Source: Bacteroidia bacterium
GTDB taxonomy: Bacteria > Bacteroidota > Bacteroidia > UKL13-3
DNA: 64,000 nucleotides
Direction of reading: 5' to 3'
NCBI GenBank assembly: GCA_041665785.1
Contig: JBAYIE010000006.1
Location: 38,021 to 102,020, forward strand
Shown: positions 60,103 through 64,000 of the stretch, piece by piece
Layout of the letters: every line of letters begins with the position of its first letter
Numbering within the stretch: the stretch's first letter is position 1
Notes under the pieces: generated by a model
Told to the model about the DNA's origin: nothing
Database searches by the model: none
The model's input: the letters and a program-made list of their open reading frames with translations, nothing else
Made by a program: the position numbers and the translations under genes

Positions 60103-60501
60103 TCACTTTACCCGGAATCCTAATTCATAACAACTATTATCAGTGGGATTATAATTAAAAGTGCAACCTGAATTCTCCCGATTATTCTTTTTTAGTTTTG
60201 ACTCATCATTATATTTATTTACAGTGTCATAACACTTTCGATTTGAATAAACCATAAAGTAATAAAAAGTAAAGAAGCCGAGATAAGCCAGAGCCAAAAA
60301 AAAAATTATATAATCTCTTTCTACCTGATTGATCGTTTTTATTGAGATCAAAGTCATACCTATTGTTATACTCCAAAGAATAGTAATTATTGTCATAAGA
60401 TTTAGTGCTCCCCAGTGATGCCTATCGTTTTTTAGAAATCGAAAGAAGTCATAACATCTATAATAAAATATATTTAACAATGTCTTCATTTTACCCTTCA
60501 A
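60103..60501 (-). CDS. Small membrane protein (2 transmembrane helices), translationally coupled to the upstream Fic gene.
   Basis: 132 aa with hydrophobic segments LMTIITILWSITIGMTLISI and IIFFLALAYLGFFTFYYFMVY. Overlaps the Fic gene by 4 bp. AT-rich. Confidence 0.5.
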   Translation of the reverse strand: MKGKMKTLLNIFYYRCYDFFRFLKNDRHHWGALNLMTIITILWSITIGMTLISIKTINQVERDYIIFFLALAYLGFFTFYYFMVYSNRKCYDTVNKYNDESKLKKNNRENSGCTFNYNPTDNSCYELGFRVK

Positions 60502-61580
60502 CCAGCTTTTAACAGATTAAACAAATCAATATTGATATACAACATATCTCTACCCACCTTTTCACCTTTCAAAACACCGATCTTCTCAAGGTCTTTCAGG
60601 TATTTGCTTGCCGTAAAGCGTGTGATGCCGAGTTGATCTTCCAATGCCGATATCCTCGCGTAGGGTTGATGAAACAGCACTTCTACCAGTTCTTTGGAAT
60701 AAATCTTTGGCCGCTTCAACTTTACTTTCTCAATTGTTTTTTCTAACAATAACTTAATTCCCCGGATAGTTTTGATCGTATCCGTTGCAGAATATGCTAC
60801 CGATTCCAGCATATATACAATCCATTCTTCCCAATTTCTATTTTGACGAACATTATTCAACCCTTTATAATATTGCTTCTTCTGTTTAATTATAAATGAA
60901 CTTAGGTATAAAATAGGCAACTCAAGCAATCCTTCATGAATGAGATAAAGAACATTTAAAATACGCCCGGTTCTGCCATTTCCATCATAAAATGGATGTA
61001 TAGATTCAAACTGATAATGCATTATTCCCATCCTAATCAATGGATCCATATCCTCGTTCGTTCCATTTATATATTCTTCCAGATTCTTCAGTTTATCCTG
61101 AATAATATCTTTCCCAAACGGGGGGGTATAAATTACTTTACCAGTTCGGACTTGCTTTAAAGCAGTTCCGGGCTGATTTCTTATCCCGGCATTATTCCCC
61201 ATCAGGCATTCCTGAATCTTCATCAACTCTCGGGTCGTTATAAGTTTTTTCTTTTTGATCAACTCATATCCCAGCCACATCGCTTGCTTATAATTCAGAA
61301 CCTCTTTAACAGCAGCATTCAAATCCGTATTACCAACCGAATATGCCTTATAAAGCTCATCCTGTGTGGTTACAATATTTTCAATCGCTGAACTATCTCT
61401 GGCTTCACGCAGTACCAGACTGTCTAAAATGATTACCGGGTTTGGGATCAGACCGGTCATTCCTTTGAGTTCGGCCAAGGCTTTATTCGCTTGAATCGCT
61501 TTATTATAAACCTTGGGTGTCAATGTTAACTTTGGCGGTAATAACGGAAGTTTATTATATGGTTTATCTGGGCTGTACAT
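60498..61580 (-). CDS. Fic/DOC family protein (class II, N-terminal inhibitory motif, C-terminal winged-helix).
   Basis: Fic motif HPFYDGNGRTGR. Inhibitory S-SAI-E-N motif near the N-terminus. C-terminal HTH-like region (ISALEDQLGITRFTASKYLKDLEKIGVL). AT-rich. Confidence 0.85.
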   Translation of the reverse strand: MYSPDKPYNKLPLLPPKLTLTPKVYNKAIQANKALAELKGMTGLIPNPVIILDSLVLREARDSSAIENIVTTQDELYKAYSVGNTDLNAAVKEVLNYKQAMWLGYELIKKKKLITTRELMKIQECLMGNNAGIRNQPGTALKQVRTGKVIYTPPFGKDIIQDKLKNLEEYINGTNEDMDPLIRMGIMHYQFESIHPFYDGNGRTGRILNVLYLIHEGLLELPILYLSSFIIKQKKQYYKGLNNVRQNRNWEEWIVYMLESVAYSATDTIKTIRGIKLLLEKTIEKVKLKRPKIYSKELVEVLFHQPYARISALEDQLGITRFTASKYLKDLEKIGVLKGEKVGRDMLYINIDLFNLLKAG

Positions 61581-61589
61581 TATCTGGCC

Positions 61590-61745
61590 ATTTTTGATAT
61601 GTTAATTTTTTCACGTTTTTTCAACATATCTCAAAAATACGTGAATTGCTTTAACATATCCAAACAATATGTTTAAAGTATTGGGTTATTTCAACATATT
61701 GCAAAAATGGGTGCGTTCCTTTAACATATCCCCTCCCCAAAAAAC
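61590..61745. promoter_or_regulatory. Upstream region of the Fic gene with six reiterated TT(C/T)AACATAT(C/T) motifs in both orientations, arranged as two ~45-bp direct repeats.
   Basis: atatgttaa, ttcaacatatctc, tttaacatatcc, caatatgtttaa, ttcaacatattgc, tttaacatatccc. Units ttcaacatatctcaaaaatacgtgaattgctttaacatatcc and ttcaacatattgcaaaaatgggtgcgttcctttaacatatcc. Confidence 0.5.
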
Positions 61746-61798
61746 CCTTCAATGATTTTGTGCCCTGATTCCTCACACACTCACCCACTCACTCATAC

Positions 61799-63985
61799 TC
61801 ATTCTCCTTTCCTCTTCCCAAAATACTCCTTCGCCTTTTCCTTATAGTAAGGCTGCATTTCGGCCGGAATGGTTTGCAGCAATTCCTGCTCTTTTTGTTT
61901 TTGTTTCTGGTACTGCTCAAAAGAAGGGGGCGCTGCGCGCGGCTTTTCTTTCGCCTGTTCCGATTCGCGTTTCTTGTCTTCTTCCTGCTTGCGCTCGGCT
62001 TTCTCGCTTTCCAGCAGGCGTGTCATGATTTCTTCCTGGCGCTGCAACATTTGACGCGTGAGGTTTTTGTTGAAGAGTTCCTTTTCGGTTTGTTCCATCA
62101 AACGTTGCAATTCCTGCAGTTTGGCATTGCCTCCAAGCTGCTCCTTTTCTTTTGCCCCTAACTCGTTCAACATTTTTTGCATTTGCTGTCGGATGGCCAT
62201 TTGCTGAGCTGCCATGCGTGCATATTCCTGACTGCCCATTCCGGGTTTTTCGCCCGGCTTGTTGCCCTTACCTTCCTGTTTGTTCAACCCTTCGCGCAAT
62301 TGTTTGTTCAGCTCTTCCTGCATTTTCTTCATGGTCGACATGCTCTTGCTTTTTCCTTTACCCTTGCCTTTTCCTTGTCCCTTCTTTTGTTGCTTACCTT
62401 TTTCGCCGCTGCTCTTGGCTTGCATTTGCTCCTGCAATTGCTTGAGCACTTCACTCAACAGCACCCCGAGGTTGTTGGCATTCATCATGGCTTGTTGCTG
62501 ATTCAACCGGATCTGACCAATATTACGCGAACCATAACCCTCGATGCTTTTATCCAGGTTGGCATTCAGTTTCGATACTTCACGGTTGATGAAGGTACTT
62601 ATTTCAGGAATGCGCTTGCTTAAGGCCACCAGCGAATCTTCAATGATGCGGGCATTGTCTTTGATGTTTTTCTGCCTGCGTGCCATATCCACGTATTGCG
62701 GATTGTAATTGTTGACCCGTTTAAATTCTTCCATCAATTGCTCCTGATCCGTACTCAGCTGTATCGTATTCTCTAAAATTTCCCGCAAGGCTTCAGCATT
62801 GATTTCATCTTCCTTTTGCTCTTCGGCATCCAGTTCCTTCTTCAACTTATCGTTCAGCTCCTTCATTTTTTTAGCCGCCTTCTTCTGACTTTCAGCCGCG
62901 TTTTTTGGATCTTCTTTTTCCAGCTGCTCTTCACTTTGTTTTTGATCCTGCTCTATTTCCTGTTGCTCCTTTTCAGTGTTCCCCAATTCCTTGGGCTCTT
63001 CCAGTTCTTTGTTTTTTTCCTGTATATCTTTCAGCTCTTCTTTCAGGTCTTTAAATTCCCCGGAAAGCTTTTCTTGCTCCAATTGGATCTCTCGAAGGCC
63101 TTTCTTTCCCTCTTCTTTCTCGGCGCCGGCAGGCTTATCTTTACCGGAACATTTTTTCGCTAAATCTTCCTGCTTTTGGGTAAGCTCATCGAGTTGGCGT
63201 ATGGCTTCTTCGCGCTTCTTTTCCAGTTCCAGTTGTTTAAACTGCTCTAGCATGCGATCCAGTTCTTTCTCTACATCTTTATTGTTCATCTGCAGCTTTT
63301 CCATCTCATCTTTCACCGCGTCTTTGTTTTGTCGCTGCATCATTTCTTCCAGTTGCTGCATGAGTTTTTTCATCTCATCGCTCATCACCTCATTAAACAA
63401 CTTGTTGATTTGCTCCTGCTTTTCCATCAAAGCATCCTGCTGCTTCCTGAATTCCTGTTCCTGCCGTGTTAATTCCTTTTGCTTGTTTTTGATTTGTTCG
63501 ATATCGCGGTTCAGTTCCTGTTGGCGTTGCAGAATTTTCTCCAGCTTCTTTTTCTCTTCCCAGGTAAATTCACGGTTCTCGTGCATTTTGTTTTCGATGG
63601 CTTTCAATTCCTTCTGCAGATTTCGTGCTTCACGGATCGCTTCTTCCATTTGTTGCTTCAATGATTCGCTTCCACTTTCGTGATTTTTTTCGAGTTCATT
63701 TACCGATGGTGCTTTATATACCATCACCTTTGAACGTGTAGATTTAGCTCCAAAAACCCCATCGTTATCCCACACTTCAAAATAATATTCTACCTGATCC
63801 GACGGACTGATCCCTATTTCGCTGAGGTTAATCTGATAACTGAAACGCGCCGTACGCGAAACGGCATCCATCGAAACCGGCAAACGGTGCAAACCGGATT
63901 TTATTTTTTCTTCCTGTTCCGATGTGGTGTATCTGTAATTAAAGGTCAATCGCGTTAAACCATGATCGTCTTCTGCATCTCCCAT
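61799..63985 (-). CDS. Long coiled-coil protein, K/E/Q-rich; N-terminus probably beyond the window edge.
   Basis: More than 700 aa of heptad-like EK-rich sequence (LQKELKAIENKMHEN..., EKEQLGGNAKLQELQRLMEQ...) with a GKGKGKGKSKS stretch. The ORF runs to the window end. Confidence 0.55.
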   Translation of the reverse strand: MGDAEDDHGLTRLTFNYRYTTSEQEEKIKSGLHRLPVSMDAVSRTARFSYQINLSEIGISPSDQVEYYFEVWDNDGVFGAKSTRSKVMVYKAPSVNELEKNHESGSESLKQQMEEAIREARNLQKELKAIENKMHENREFTWEEKKKLEKILQRQQELNRDIEQIKNKQKELTRQEQEFRKQQDALMEKQEQINKLFNEVMSDEMKKLMQQLEEMMQRQNKDAVKDEMEKLQMNNKDVEKELDRMLEQFKQLELEKKREEAIRQLDELTQKQEDLAKKCSGKDKPAGAEKEEGKKGLREIQLEQEKLSGEFKDLKEELKDIQEKNKELEEPKELGNTEKEQQEIEQDQKQSEEQLEKEDPKNAAESQKKAAKKMKELNDKLKKELDAEEQKEDEINAEALREILENTIQLSTDQEQLMEEFKRVNNYNPQYVDMARRQKNIKDNARIIEDSLVALSKRIPEISTFINREVSKLNANLDKSIEGYGSRNIGQIRLNQQQAMMNANNLGVLLSEVLKQLQEQMQAKSSGEKGKQQKKGQGKGKGKGKSKSMSTMKKMQEELNKQLREGLNKQEGKGNKPGEKPGMGSQEYARMAAQQMAIRQQMQKMLNELGAKEKEQLGGNAKLQELQRLMEQTEKELFNKNLTRQMLQRQEEIMTRLLESEKAERKQEEDKKRESEQAKEKPRAAPPSFEQYQKQKQKEQELLQTIPAEMQPYYKEKAKEYFGKRKGE

Positions 63986-64000
63986 AAAATACCGCTGAGC

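Noticed and set aside
62976-63683. 235-aa Ser/Cys/Phe-rich plus-strand ORF, and other long ORFs antisense to the coiled-coil gene
   Set aside because: These are mirror-frame artefacts of a GAA/AAG/CAG-rich coding strand. They have low complexity, and the opposite-strand gene has a coherent coiled-coil sequence.

Overview
This looks like a chromosomal segment from a Bacteroidota genome. A Chitinophagaceae or Sphingobacteriia-type organism is my guess, based on the many proteins ending in Por/T9SS C-terminal sorting domains and a possible Bacteroidetes-style TAnnTTTG -7 box. Background GC is about 46-48% by eye. It carries a housekeeping backbone. On the plus strand: rplM-rpsI, rpsB-tsf (each followed by a terminator) and tdk. 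On the minus strand: gltX, nadD-gmk, purE, panD, rfbB, galE, a photolyase, a cystathionine-family PLP enzyme, yicC and comF. There is one tRNA-Ser(GGA). At least six predicted secreted proteins carry a T9SS C-terminal domain. They include an endonuclease-I nuclease, an M6-like metalloprotease, a Kazal-domain protein and a giant 2833-aa protein built from about 27 divergent ~100-aa repeats. The window is rich in unusual non-coding structure. (1) A modular intergenic repeat family occurs at four loci: a CATTCTTCATT microsatellite box, a CCCGCCGCCGCT box and an AACCGC-GTT-GCGGTT hairpin box. It includes a ~115-bp tandem array and supplies the identical KMKNEE-stop C-terminus to two unrelated genes. 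(2) A four-helix-bundle (Avd / 23S-IVS protein family) gene sits between two tandem-repeat arrays that share an inverted TACGAAGTACGAAG motif, with no reverse transcriptase nearby. (3) An AT-rich islet lies next to tRNA-Ser. It has two tandem 122-bp repeats and a Fic protein translationally coupled to a small membrane protein. Upstream of the Fic gene is a block of reiterated TTNAACATAT motifs. (4) Two further AT-rich islets are present: two secreted proteins, one with YD-like repeats, and a nucleotidyltransferase-like gene with an overlapping small ORF. (5) A ~170-nt structured intergenic element may be an ncRNA. All calls rest on reading the ORF translations and the DNA by eye; no searches were run.
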